Origin: Antedon mediterranea
Lineage: Eukaryota; Animalia; Echinodermata
Reading direction: 5' to 3'
Length of the DNA: 64,000 nt
Assembly (NCBI RefSeq): GCF_964355755.1
Contig: NC_092677.1
Span: 25,159,175-25,223,174, forward strand
The position numbers were made by a program, and so were the translations under genes. This document shows positions 36,738-46,494 of the stretch, one piece after another. The notes under the pieces are model-generated. The model saw nothing but the letters and a program-made list of their open reading frames with translations. It was not told where the DNA came from and made no database searches. Position 1 is the stretch's first letter. Each line of letters begins with the position of its first letter.

Positions 36738-39700
36738 CTAAATTGATAGAAAATAAACATGTTAAATAACTGTCAATATAAAATTTCATGTAGTGATATT
36801 GTCAAAATGTGCATAGCTAGCTGTAATAAAGCGTGGTTCCCACTAGCGACGCAACGTACCGCAACACAATGACATATTGACTCAGAGTGCTGTATTGCGT
36901 AATCACAAGTGGGAACCGGCAACAGTGCTGCAAACATTGCAGGTTTGAATTGATTTCACGCAGGCGGGGGGGCAAACACAATTATTGGAAGGGTATTGCC
37001 TAGGTTTCGCTTCGCTGCGTCGCTAGTGGGAACCAAGCTTAAGAGACAAAAGAGCAGTACCATTATGCCATATGTCGAGTTCTTTACTGTTGATTCCATG
37101 TCTTATGTCAAATATTGTAGTGATATGCTTAAATATGGTAGTGATATGCTTAAATATGGTAGTGATATGCCTAAATATGGTACTGATATGCTTAAATATG
37201 GTAGTGATACGACATGTCCATATATTGGCACATCACATTTTTTTTGTCGCATGAAGTTTGATAGTGTAGACAGATAAATAGCATTCTTTATGCTACTCTC
37301 ATACTCACTTATTTCTTTAAATAATTCCCTAATATTTTCAGCAGTTTTTGCACTAGTTTCTGTGAAGATAGCTCCAATGTCGTTTGAGTAAGTCTCTGCA
37401 ACTTTTGTTTCTACTTCTCTTAAATCATCCATATCACATTTGTTACCAGCTATGGCTATTACAATGTTATCTGGTCCGTGTTGATGCAATTCCTGAATCC
37501 AATCTTTCACTTTTTCATATGAAATCTACAAAAATCAAATTTATCAAAGTTACCTATTTTTAAATAAATAAAGGTTAACTTTTAGTTAAACCAGTTGACA
37601 AGTACTTACTTGCTACGTTTCAGCTACTTTCAGTAGCCTTCGTCACGCAAATGACGTTGACATGATGTTCTGTCATTCGTCATAGTTCGGTGAATTGCGC
37701 CACCTCTCGTCTGATGTTCAGCTTTCTGCTGGTGGCCCCCTTTGGATGCTCGGGTGTCCCTTTTTATTAAGTCATCGTAGATGTGGCTCAGTTCATGTCC
37801 TCCCTGGTCTCTGTTGATGTTCATATTCGTTTTTCTTAACCAAATGGCTTCTTTTATTTTTCTTGATAAGTAGTGTTGTTCTTTGTCTAATATTTGTGTA
37901 TTTTCAAAATCCGGTATGTGATTTTCTATGGTGGCGTGATCTGTGATAGCTGATTTGTGTAGAATTTTAGATTGTGAATGGTGAGCGCTCCATGAAATGA
38001 GCCACATCTACGATGACTTAATAAAAAGGGACACCCGAGCAGAAAGCTGAACATCAGACGAGAGGTGGCGCAATTCACCGAACTATGACGAATGACAGAA
38101 CATCATGTCAACGTCATTTGCGTGACCAAGGCTACTGAAAGTAGCTGAAACGTAGCAAGTAAGTACTTGTCAACTGGTTTAACTAAATGTTAACCTTTAT
38201 TTATTTAATATCCATTGAAACCAGATGACATTTTTTGAGAATTACCTATTTTTGTCTTTAACGTATTACAGAGTAACAATTAACAAAGTTTTTTTTAAAA
38301 AAAGAGGCGAAAATTGTCAAAGTTTAATAGTGTAGACAGAGCTTTATGTGACAAACAAATGTGATTTGCTCATATATGGACATGATGATGGCATATCACT
38401 ACCATATTTAAGTAAAGCACTACCATATTTAAGTAAATCACTACACTACCATATTTAGTTAGTGTAGGTAGTATTAGGCACACACACTTTTTTGTCAAAC
38501 TAGTTTGATAGTGTAGACAGAGTTTTAGATAGGCTGGTTTAAAAACGGCACTTGAATCGTACCTGACTTGTTATGTCATAAGCGACTATTGCAGCTGATG
38601 CGCCTCTGTAGTACATAGGTGCTAAACCACGATACTATAAAAAGAAAGAAAAGGAACGTCATTGGTAATATACTGTATATTAATTGATTATGAATACAGT
38701 CCCCCAGCTTACACGCCAGTAAAAGCACAACAACAATATCAATCAGACTATTGTATAAAAAAGAGATGTTTATTTATGAGGACCATAACGACACAGCGAC
38801 CATTACGTACTCGATAGCTGGGCTGCCACTAGAGGGTGCTAGATCTGTCAAGACTGCTATAAACTTTTTATCTGATCTACCCACCTAGTAATAGTGTATC
38901 CACATAATAATAATCTTATAATTTCTTATCCTCAACTTTAGTTATTAAAATGATGATTTTAAATATTTTATTGTTGTACAGTCCAAATTAAAATTTTTCA
39001 ATTATCATATCACCTTTTCTTGTCCCGCTGTGTCCCATATTTGAAACTTGTAGGATTTATCTTCTACCATTAAAGTTTTTGACATAAATGATGCTCTGAA
39101 AAAAAAATTATTTATTTAAAATTAATTTACAATGTGAAAGAAAACAATGTAATGAAAAAATACTTCGAAATCAGGTCATTAATATTTTTAGAGGAAATTG
39201 ACTTGGATATGGTTTCATTGTGTAAAGCTCTGTCCACACTATCAAACTTGTTTGACAACAAAATGTGATGTGCCCAAATATGGTAGTGATATAACATAAA
39301 GTTTGATAGTGTAGACAGATCTTAAAATATACCACATTATGTGTGAGTGGGTATATCAACACTACCTAAAATAACAGGACCTTAGTAATACACAGTAGAT
39401 AGGTAGGTATACTAACCCTATTGTAGGGGGTATGCTCTCTGTATATTGATCTGCTACAAATCTTTGTACTATACTAGATTTACCAACCCCTGAATCCTGC
39501 AAAAAAAACCATATATTAATTTATACATTTATAACCAACCTAAATTATAAATTTTAAAAAATTATTTCCTATCCATTTATAGGTGCCTATCCTAATTTTA
39601 GATCACAATTCTAGGTTAAAGGTCAAATCATACTGCACCTAAAGGTCAATATTTTGCTTATAACTTCCTGTCCATTGTTTTTATATTTAGCTTCTTAATT

Positions 39701-40870
39701 TTTTTTGGCTGGTTTTTTAATTTTAAAAAAGAAAAATGATCAGATAAGAGAAAGTAAAACTATTTTGCTGTTTTGAAAATGTCATCTAATAATGTCCATA
39801 GAGAATTACCAACATTTTGAAACTGATTTTTTCCTTGTTATAATACTTAGGAATGTGATTAAAAGTGTTATTATTAATTAACTATTAATTGTAATATGAA
39901 TTAAATTACTAAAATTAATTGTTCTTGTCAAGGTTATAAAACTATTAGTAACCAATTAATGACTTGAGAAACTTATTTTTAAAATTTGTACGAGTGACAT
40001 GTATACGAGCAATATCCTGTCCCATGATTCTGTGACGCGGCGGACCACAAGCTTAATGAAAGTGTCGTACTGTACCAATACGTAACGTTACTAGTCATCT
40101 CTCTTCTCTTTTTAAAATATGATGTGATTTTTAAAGAGGAATCTAGGTTTTGTACAAAACTCAGTTTTGAACAAAATAAAACCAGAATAAGTTGTTAATG
40201 TTATCAAGCTGTCATCACAAAATGAAGTGTACTGTATGTATATGTATGTAATTATGTTTTATAGCATTGTACCCATTTAGCTTTATTTACTCTTCTTTAT
40301 GATGTTTAATTCAATATAAACTGACCTAATTTTAGGACAGAAACTGCGGTCTGTCTGCTTTGGCAAGGGTCCAACCAACCAAGCCTATCTATAGTACAGT
40401 ACATCAGGGCCTAAGCCCTAATAGTACTAACTATGCCTAGTACAATACTGTTTAAGGAATATCTATAAACTATACTCTTCTACAGTTCTAAGACTATGCC
40501 TACTTTAGTTTTAGTTGTCAAATAAAAAGGAAAACATAAAAAAAGTTAATAAATATTAATATTTAAATAGGACATACTTATAATAATAAATAAAAATACT
40601 AATAATAGCCTAGCTAGCTAACTAGGCGTACAGTATTCAAAAGTAAATCTACACCAAGAGGCCGCATTAAATAAGGAACAGAGCGATTTAATTTAGGCCT
40701 CTCCTGCTGAATGGCTACACCTTCAGTATGTCAGCTACTACAGGGGTCTAGTCCATAGTTCTCTCTCGATCGACCCTACATTTCTTCATTTTTAGAGTAC
40801 ACTTTAGGCCTAAGAAAAAGTACGATTTACTTACCCCTAAAAGACATAATTTAATTTCTCGTAAAGCCAT
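36610..40870 (-). CDS. RAB22A: Rab22/Rab31-family small GTPase, 6 exons, 204 aa
   Basis: Exons 40870-40835, 39496-39417, 39095-39014, 38634-38563, 37525-37309 and 36737-36610 total 615 nt. The translation has [20 protein letters not shown] (P-loop), [32 protein letters not shown] and ...RRQP...CC, diagnostic of the Rab22/31 subfamily. Confidence 0.96.
36830..37039. mobile_element. Harbinger-like MITE family B, long subfamily (Rab22 intron 5)
   Basis: TAA target duplication; TIR AGCGTGGTTCCCACTAGCGACGCA; sister copy at 46311. Confidence 0.85.
37113..37273. mobile_element. Family A MITE partial copy with an expanded 21-bp internal tandem repeat
   Basis: About 4.5 copies of ATATGGTAGTGATATGCTTAA, then the right TIR. 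Confidence 0.8.
37309..37525 (-). CDS. RAB22A: Rab22 exon 5 (GNKCD, ETSAK)
   Basis: TAG acceptor, GTGAGT donor; overlaps ORF 37103..37510. Confidence 0.95.
37608..37652 (-). ncRNA. Minimal hammerhead ribozyme motif, G3/G8 mismatch copy (probably inactive)
   Basis: Same as the 38116 copy except that the core is GTGACGA. Confidence 0.6.
38116..38160 (+). ncRNA. Minimal type I hammerhead ribozyme motif (G3-C8 core variant)
   Basis: ATTTGC-GTGACCA-A-GGCTAC-TGAAA-GTAGCT-GAAA-CG-T-A-GCAAGT gives stem I, core, stem II, GAAA, a palindromic ACGT minimal stem III and a UH site. Confidence 0.7.
38315..38524. mobile_element. Family A MITE, rearranged (two right TIRs)
   Basis: ATAGTGTAGACAGAG occurs at about 38327 and 38509 in the same orientation. 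Confidence 0.7.
38563..38634 (-). CDS. RAB22A: Rab22 exon 4 ([12 protein letters not shown]...YDITSQ)
   Basis: TAG acceptor, GTACGA donor. Confidence 0.95.
39014..39095 (-). CDS. RAB22A: Rab22 exon 3 (ASFMSK...WDTAGQEK)
   Basis: CAG acceptor, GTGATA donor, G3 motif. Confidence 0.95.
39226..39322. mobile_element. Family A MITE, short copy
   Basis: TAA|AGCTCTGTCCACACTATCAAACT ... AGTTTGATAGTGTAGACAGA. Confidence 0.8.
39417..39496 (-). CDS. RAB22A: Rab22 exon 2 ([14 protein letters not shown]...PTIG)
   Basis: CAG acceptor, GTTAGT donor, P-loop. Confidence 0.95.
40835..40870 (-). CDS. RAB22A: Rab22 exon 1 ([12 protein letters not shown])
   Basis: ATG; donor GGG|GTAAGT. Confidence 0.95.
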
Positions 40871-41170
40871 ATTATATACAAACTATAAAACTAGACAGAA
40901 ATACACAAAAGACTTGATCACGTTACATATTTGCAATATTTAACTAAAATTTATTTTTCATGACACGATGGTTTTTCAGTGTTTCCGATTTGCGATCGAT
41001 CAACTTTATCCAAATTATAAAGTGTGATTTCGTTAGAGGGCGCTGTCCACTGTTTTTTTTTTTTACACGGTGTTTTATGTGCAGATGTGTAGGGCCTAGG
41101 CCTACGATATAGTGTGACCCAAAACCAACAGTTTTTAATCAATACGTATTGATTTAGTGTGTAATAAAGG
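40871..41170. promoter_or_regulatory. Bidirectional promoter region shared by Rab22 and TBC1D20, including a probable TBC1D20 5' UTR exon
   Basis: Divergent ATGs are 735 bp apart. There is a candidate donor AAG|GTATGT near 41170 and a TAGAGGGCGCT motif near 41034. Confidence 0.65.
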
Positions 41171-41604
41171 TATGTACAGCTTGTTCATGTTTAAATGAAA
41201 GCGTTGCATTATTTCTAAGATTTATGGCCTAATAGAAGACTAGGTTTTTATCTATTTTTTTGCCGACTAGCTAGGAGGCCGGAGAACATTCATTGCTCAA
41301 AACTGACACGCACGGCGGCCAGAGTGAATGTCGGCCGGAGGTGATCGGCTTCCATGCTAGTCTCTGCTAAGCTAGCATGTACGCGAAATTATACTGTTGT
41401 TTTAGTGGACTGATGATGATGGATGGAAGGAAAACCGACTGACTCCTGTACTGCATGTCTATGAAAATTGAATGATTCTTGTAGAGCTTACAAAAAAAGA
41501 AGCATAATTACAACTAAGCTAACTAGCCTAGGCCTAGCCTAAGTTTTCTTTAAATTAATGAATATTAATTATTATAATATTTTTTCTTTTATAATTTAGA
41601 AATT

Positions 41605-41644
41605 ATGAAGGCAGCCTCTAAACAACATTCAACGCCACAGAAAG
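41605..41644 (+). CDS. TBC1D20: TBC1D20 first coding exon (MKAASKQHSTPQK)
   Basis: ATG 5 nt after a TTTAG acceptor, implying an upstream 5' UTR exon; donor G|GTAAAT. Confidence 0.75.
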
Positions 41645-44020
41645 GTAAATTGTATATAAAAGAAAAAGATGACAATCTCTTTTTATAATTTATTTCTTAA
41701 TTTTTTTTTTTTTTTTTTTTTTTGTGTTTTTATCTATGACTGCATATTTGTGTTATCAGAATCCGAAAAGAAAATAAAGCTTTCTGCTATTCACCATGCT
41801 TTGAACTCTGACCCAGTCAATATTGCAGCACTTCGTAAACACGCCATCAGCAAAGGAGGCTTATTAAACGATGAAGTGCGACGTAAAGTTTGGCCAAAAC
41901 TACTCAACATTAACGTACATGATCATCAAAAGAAGTCAGGTAATCAATTTTTCAATTTCACAGTCAACTATGAAACTGTTTTTTTTTTTTATTGTTTCAT
42001 TTTATTTGAAGACTATTGCTATATTCTTAATTTTAGCTGGAGATATTACCAAGCATCGTGACTACAGTCAAGTTGTTCTAGATGTCAACAGGTCTTTCAA
42101 GAGATTTCCAAAAGGTTAGATATAATTAAAATAATGTTTTTATTTTATTATTTATTTATATTGGGTGACAAAGACTGGCCCACCATGGGCCTAGTTATGA
42201 GTGACAGTGGCTGTGTGTGTACTAGTAAACCGGGGTAACCCCTTACTTGTCTCGAAAGATGTACTAGGTTCACATGAGTTAGATGTGTACACTGAACCTA
42301 CAGTTTATATTCCTATTCTGAGAAGACTCGTTCTACCACCAGAACTATGGAGCAAGCGAGCCACTCACTGAGTTCCGTATCGTTCACAGTTCTATCGTGA
42401 TTAGATCTAATAGTATTGCAGATCAAAGATACTAAAGGCTCTTTCACACAGAAATCATTGTTCTTTAAATGTCAATTTTGCTTATAAACACAGGACACAG
42501 GAAATATTGTTATTTTGTGAATGGATCTACATTGGCAATAATTAATTTTTAGAATGATTACAATTTTTACGTTTGTCTATAGGCATGAAGGATGATCAGC
42601 GTGAGGTGCTCCAAGAACAGTTAACTAATATAATTGTGCAAGTGTTGATTCGACATAAGCAGTTGCATTATTACCAGGTAATATTCATCAGCATTGGTTG
42701 TTAGACATAGCGCCCTCCACTATTTTGTGCCATTTTATTCCTGTTGTGGGCCGGATGTGTCTCAAGTGGGCCAGTGTAATAATAGTCATGTTTTATTCTG
42801 TATGCCTAACTATATCATAATTAGTATAGTGATAAAACTGTATGCTATAGATGCTGAACCTGATCTACTAAAATAGTCTTTGCCTAAAATGTATAATCCC
42901 TGCCTTCTTCCTTTGAATCTAAATTTGAATGTTTTTAATACAGTAAATAAATTAGAAAATAAAACAGTTGAAATAATTGGCTAGTTAAACTTTAACATAC
43001 TGTATAATGTAAAGAATAAAAGGCAAAGGTAATTATGATTGATTGATTGAATTTATTTGATGCTCAACATTAAAATAACAAACAGACAAAAGACAAAATA
43101 ACGAGCATCAGGAACACCCATTAGGCCGGAAAAACCAGCCCATTTCCAATGGGGTCCATTATATTTGTCCTTTAGCTTAACTGGAAATTAAAGAAATTCG
43201 GATTAGGCCCTCCACGGACCCAGATCAGCACACCGGGAGACAATCCCCTACTCTTTGCCACTCCATGTCTATCGTACCTTATTTCAATATTATCAGTACA
43301 CCATCACTCTCCGGTATATACAGCACCCACCCTGATTCCAGATGGTCTCCCATTCAGAATCCAACCGGGCCGGCCCAACATTGCTTAGCTTCGTTCATCT
43401 AACAAGAACGGGTGTTTCAACACTGTATGGCCGAATGAATAAGTGGTGCATATGAATTAAAATTGATTTTCTATTTTACAGGGATATCATGATATATGTG
43501 TAACATTCCTCCTGGCTGTCGGTAAAGACATGGCACTGTCAATTATGGATGTTTTATCAATTCACCACTTTAGGTACGTTTTAGTCTATAAATGAATGAT
43601 ATGAAGCATTATGCTAAAGTGTTGATATGATTTCTAATACCCATGCAATGAATGGAAGAATTCAATATGAACTTTCTTTCTGAGTGAGGAAAGAACAAGA
43701 TTTTTATTGCAAGTGCTAAAGTGAAATAATTCTAGCATTTTAAATAGCATGCTCATGTTGAGTGTCTGTTCATAATCAGTGTACCATGTCCCACGTAACC
43801 GGCTCAGCCTACAGTATATAATAATGTTAGTTCTGCGGTACATATCATTTTGAAACCTGAGCTGCACTGACGAGATCTGATAAGATGAAAACAGTACTAT
43901 CTGCAGATTGGATATAATAATACTGTATGTATATATGGAATTTAGCTGACAATTGAGTTCATTTTCTGCTATCAATAAGAAAACTTTTACAGTGAAATTG
44001 ATATTACATTGACTTAATCT

Positions 44021-44053
<33 letters not shown>

Positions 44054-46010
44054 CGTAAACGTTTATTTTCTTTCTATCTATCAATTGCAATAAAACAAAT
44101 GAATAAGGTATTAAAAGAGAATAATATTAATCTAAAGCTCTGTCTACACTGTCAAACTAGTTTGACAAAAAAAAGTGTGATGTGCCCAAATATGGTAGTG
44201 ATATGCCCAAACATGTTAGTGATATGCCCAAACATGTTAGTGATATCATCATGTCCATATATGGGCACATCAAATTTATAGTGTAGACAGAGCTTAACAC
44301 ATACTCATGATGCTATTAATATTTTCAGAGATTTTATGGACTCTACCATGGACAGAACTAAACATATGCTTAATTATTTATTCCCAATTATACGAAAAGC
44401 AAATCCAGTGTTGCATGACTTTATGCAAAAGTAAGTGGAGTTTTGTGTTTTTTTGTTTAATTGTCCATTAACATAATACATTTGTTATACTACTACTGTT
44501 CGTAATTTTAACCATATTTTACTGTGGCCATCTGACAACACCTCCATTTCCCCTACCTACTACTGTACTACACTCATGTAAGTAATTGTTTGGAGTGACC
44601 TGTGTCTTCCAGTCTAAACTGAGCTGACTTAAGCACAGAACAGTGTGGCAAAATGTGTACACAGGACTTTCAGCTTTAAAGCTCTGTCTACACTATCAAA
44701 GTTTATGTGACAAAACAATGCGATGTGCCCAAATATGGACATGATGATGTCATATCACTACCATATTTGGGCACATCACACTTTTCTTGTCAAACTAGTT
44801 TGATAGTGTAGACAGAGCTTTAATGCCGATTGTATGACTGGGTGTGCTCCTGTCTCAAAAGCGGCCACTCGACTCACCAGTCAAAAGTGATTCTGAGTAT
44901 ACTTGACTAATTGTTGTACTGTACTATAATTTACAGGTCAGAGGTCGGAACTGTATTTGCATTGGCCTGGTTAATAACATGGTATGGACACGTGTTAAAT
45001 GATTACAAAAGTATTGTAAGGTTGTACGACTTTTTCCTAGCATGCCATCCACTAATGCCGGTTTATTTAGCAGCTGCGGTAAGTGATAAACGTGTTATTT
45101 CTAGAGTGGATCCATACATTTTCATGTAGGCGTTAGATTAACTATCTTTTGAAATAATGTAAAAATTTTCACCAAAAAATGAGTAAAATTTTTCTCTTAT
45201 ACTGTAATTTTCCTTACATAAAAATCTATTTCCACAAACATTCTTGTTACATAAGTTTTTATTTTATTAATAAACACATTTCCTATATAGATTGTTCTGT
45301 ACCGAGAAAAGGGCGTGTTACAACAAGATTGTGAGATGGTATACGTACATAGCTACTTGTCAAAAATTCCTCAAGATCTTCCATTTGAACACTTAATCAT
45401 CAAGGCCGGAGACTTATTTGTGCAATATCCACCCTCTGCAATGGCTAAGGAAGCCAAGCTGCATTATAAACAAAGGTATTTATTTTGTTTTTGTCAAATG
45501 GATATGTAATTTAAATGCATTAGTAAAGATTCTTTCCCACTGATCCGGGGACAGCAAATCAAATCGAAACGTCAATGTTTCGTTTTCACGCGGCTATGAT
45601 CATGTCGTGGAGCATTGTTTTTTTGACAAATATGGAAGGGATAGGCTCAAATATTGTAGGGATGTGACATCATTATGTTCATATAATGGGCACGTCACAT
45701 AAAGTTTGATATTGTAGACAGAACTTAAGTTCTACTGTACGTACACAATGCTCCAAAGAAAGCAAATATACAAACATATTCTGTTTACAGTACTGCAATA
45801 TCAAAGCATGGTGATTTTGAGTCCGCTGTCCAGCATCAACGTCCAGATGCCATTCTACAGTTAATGCGAGAACGGAGTAGACGTAACAGCTACCCGTCGC
45901 TACGATCTCAATCAAGCCAAGTGGTGAAGGTCGCAGTATGGGCGCTGTCAACAGCAGTTGGTGTAGCGGCTCTCGCAGTCCTTAATACAGCAGCAGAATT
46001 TTGGGTATGA
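41605..46010 (+). CDS. TBC1D20: TBC1 domain family member 20 (tail-anchored RabGAP), 9 coding exons, 377 aa
   Basis: Exons 41605-41644, 41760-41939, 42037-42114, 42583-42677, 43482-43573, 44329-44430, 44937-45078, 45291-45475 and 45791-46010 total 1134 nt with consistent phases. Motifs: GGLL..EVRRKVWPKLL, QVVLDVNRS (Arg finger), LHYYQGYHD (Gln finger), FALAWLITWYGH, RLYDFFLACHPLMPVY, and a C-terminal hydrophobic anchor VAVWALSTAVGVAALAVL. Confidence 0.96.
41760..41939 (+). CDS. TBC1D20: TBC1D20 exon 2
   Basis: CAG acceptor, G|GTAATC donor; GGLLNDEVRRKVWPKLL. Confidence 0.95.
42037..42114 (+). CDS. TBC1D20: TBC1D20 exon 3
   Basis: QVVLDVNRSFKRFP; GT-AG boundaries. Confidence 0.95.
42160..42362 (-). 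mobile_element. Deu/Nin-domain SINE body
   Basis: Minus strand ...AGGAATATAAACTGTAGGTTC...TTTCGAGACAAGTAAGGGGTTACCCCGG resembles the Deu core. It shares CTCCAT(A/G)GTTCTGGTG with the tRNA-like head at 46196. Confidence 0.65.
42583..42677 (+). CDS. TBC1D20: TBC1D20 exon 4
   Basis: MKDDQREVLQEQL...LHYYQ; GT-AG boundaries. Confidence 0.95.
43037..43433 (-). mobile_element. 5S rRNA-derived SINE (SINE3-type) with a Deu-like segment and LINE-like tail
   Basis: 43433-43318 reads CGGCCATAC..GTTGAAACACCCGTTCT...CGAAGCTAAGCAA...ATGGGAGACC...GGGTGCTGTA (diverged 5S rRNA). It is followed by AAGAGTAGGGG...CCCGGTGT and an AATAAA(TCAA)n tail. Confidence 0.75.
43482..43573 (+). CDS. TBC1D20: TBC1D20 exon 5
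   Basis: GYHDICVTFLLAVG; GT-AG boundaries. Confidence 0.95.
44136..44294. mobile_element. Harbinger-like MITE family A
   Basis: TAA duplication, TIRs, 21-bp internal repeats. Confidence 0.85.
44329..44430 (+). CDS. TBC1D20: TBC1D20 exon 6
   Basis: RDFMDSTMDRTKHMLNYLFPII; GT-AG boundaries. Confidence 0.95.
44680..44819. mobile_element. Harbinger-like MITE family A, near-consensus copy
   Basis: TAA|AGCTCTGTCTACACTATCAAA ... TTTGATAGTGTAGACAGAGCT|TTA. Confidence 0.9.
44937..45078 (+). CDS. TBC1D20: TBC1D20 exon 7
   Basis: SEVGTVFALAWLITWYGHVL; GT-AG boundaries. Confidence 0.96.
45291..45475 (+). CDS. TBC1D20: TBC1D20 exon 8
   Basis: IVLYRE...IPQDLPFEHLI...LFVQYPP; GT-AG boundaries. Confidence 0.95.
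45650..45725. mobile_element. Family A MITE fragment
   Basis: GTCACATAAAGTTTGATATTGTAGACAGAACT right end. Confidence 0.6.
45791..46010 (+). CDS. TBC1D20: TBC1D20 exon 9 with transmembrane tail and stop
   Basis: CAG acceptor, open frame to TGA, hydrophobic C-terminus. Confidence 0.9.
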
Positions 46011-46195
46011 CACAAATAGTTATTCTGTATTGAAGTGTAAAAAAAACGCCCTGCATTTTAAAATTAAGCACCAAGAATTTTAGATATAATATTTGATTAA
46101 ATGTGCAAAATTTAAAATTGTAAATAAAAAAATCATGAAAATTAAATGGTCAGATAAAGATCAGTAATTACTGGAATGCATGAGCAATATTGAGT

Positions 46196-46289
46196 GAGTT
46201 AGTGGCCGAGCGGTCAAGACGGTGGAACCGTAATCCATAACTAGAACATCGGCAAGGGTTCAGGGTTCACTAGCTCCATGGTTCTGGTG
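46196..46289 (+). mobile_element. tRNA-derived SINE head
   Basis: GTGGCCGAGCGGTCAAG A box and GGTTCA B-box-like sequence. Confidence 0.65.
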
Positions 46290-46310
46290 CTGTTGTTTTA
46301 TGTCTGTTTA

Positions 46311-46494
46311 AGCGTGGTTTCCACTAGGACTCAACGCGACATATTGACGCAAAGTACTGTATTGCGCAATCACAAGTGGTAACCGCGGGCGCAACAATGC
46401 TGCGAACATGGCAGGTTTCATTTCACGCAGACACAATTATGGGAAGGGCATTTTCTTATGTTGCGTAGGTTGCGTCGCTAGTAGCAACCAAGCA
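46311..46494. mobile_element. Harbinger-like MITE family B, long subfamily
   Basis: TTA duplication; homologous to 36830-37039. Confidence 0.8.

Larger units (their letters stand above)
37562..38241 (-). mobile_element. Truncated Penelope-like retroelement (GIY-YIG C-terminus) with inverted terminal repeats
   Basis: [35 protein letters not shown]....INRDQG..ELSHIYD is a typical Penelope endonuclease tail. Arms 37562-37790 and 37998-38207 are reverse complements. A 12-bp TSD TTACCTATTTTT lies at 37550 and 38242. Confidence 0.92.

Noticed and set aside
36996-37277. ORFs with repeated KYGSDML or NMVVICL peptides (also 18072 and 44099)
   Set aside because: These are translations of the 21-bp internal repeat of family A MITEs.
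43318-43433. Functional 5S rRNA gene
   Set aside because: It is a single intronic copy with many substitutions and indels, no T-run terminator, and it continues into a SINE body.
43634-44029. 131-aa minus-strand ORF in TBC1D20 intron 5
   Set aside because: It starts in a (TTGA)n microsatellite, has no homology cues and has a composition typical of non-coding DNA.
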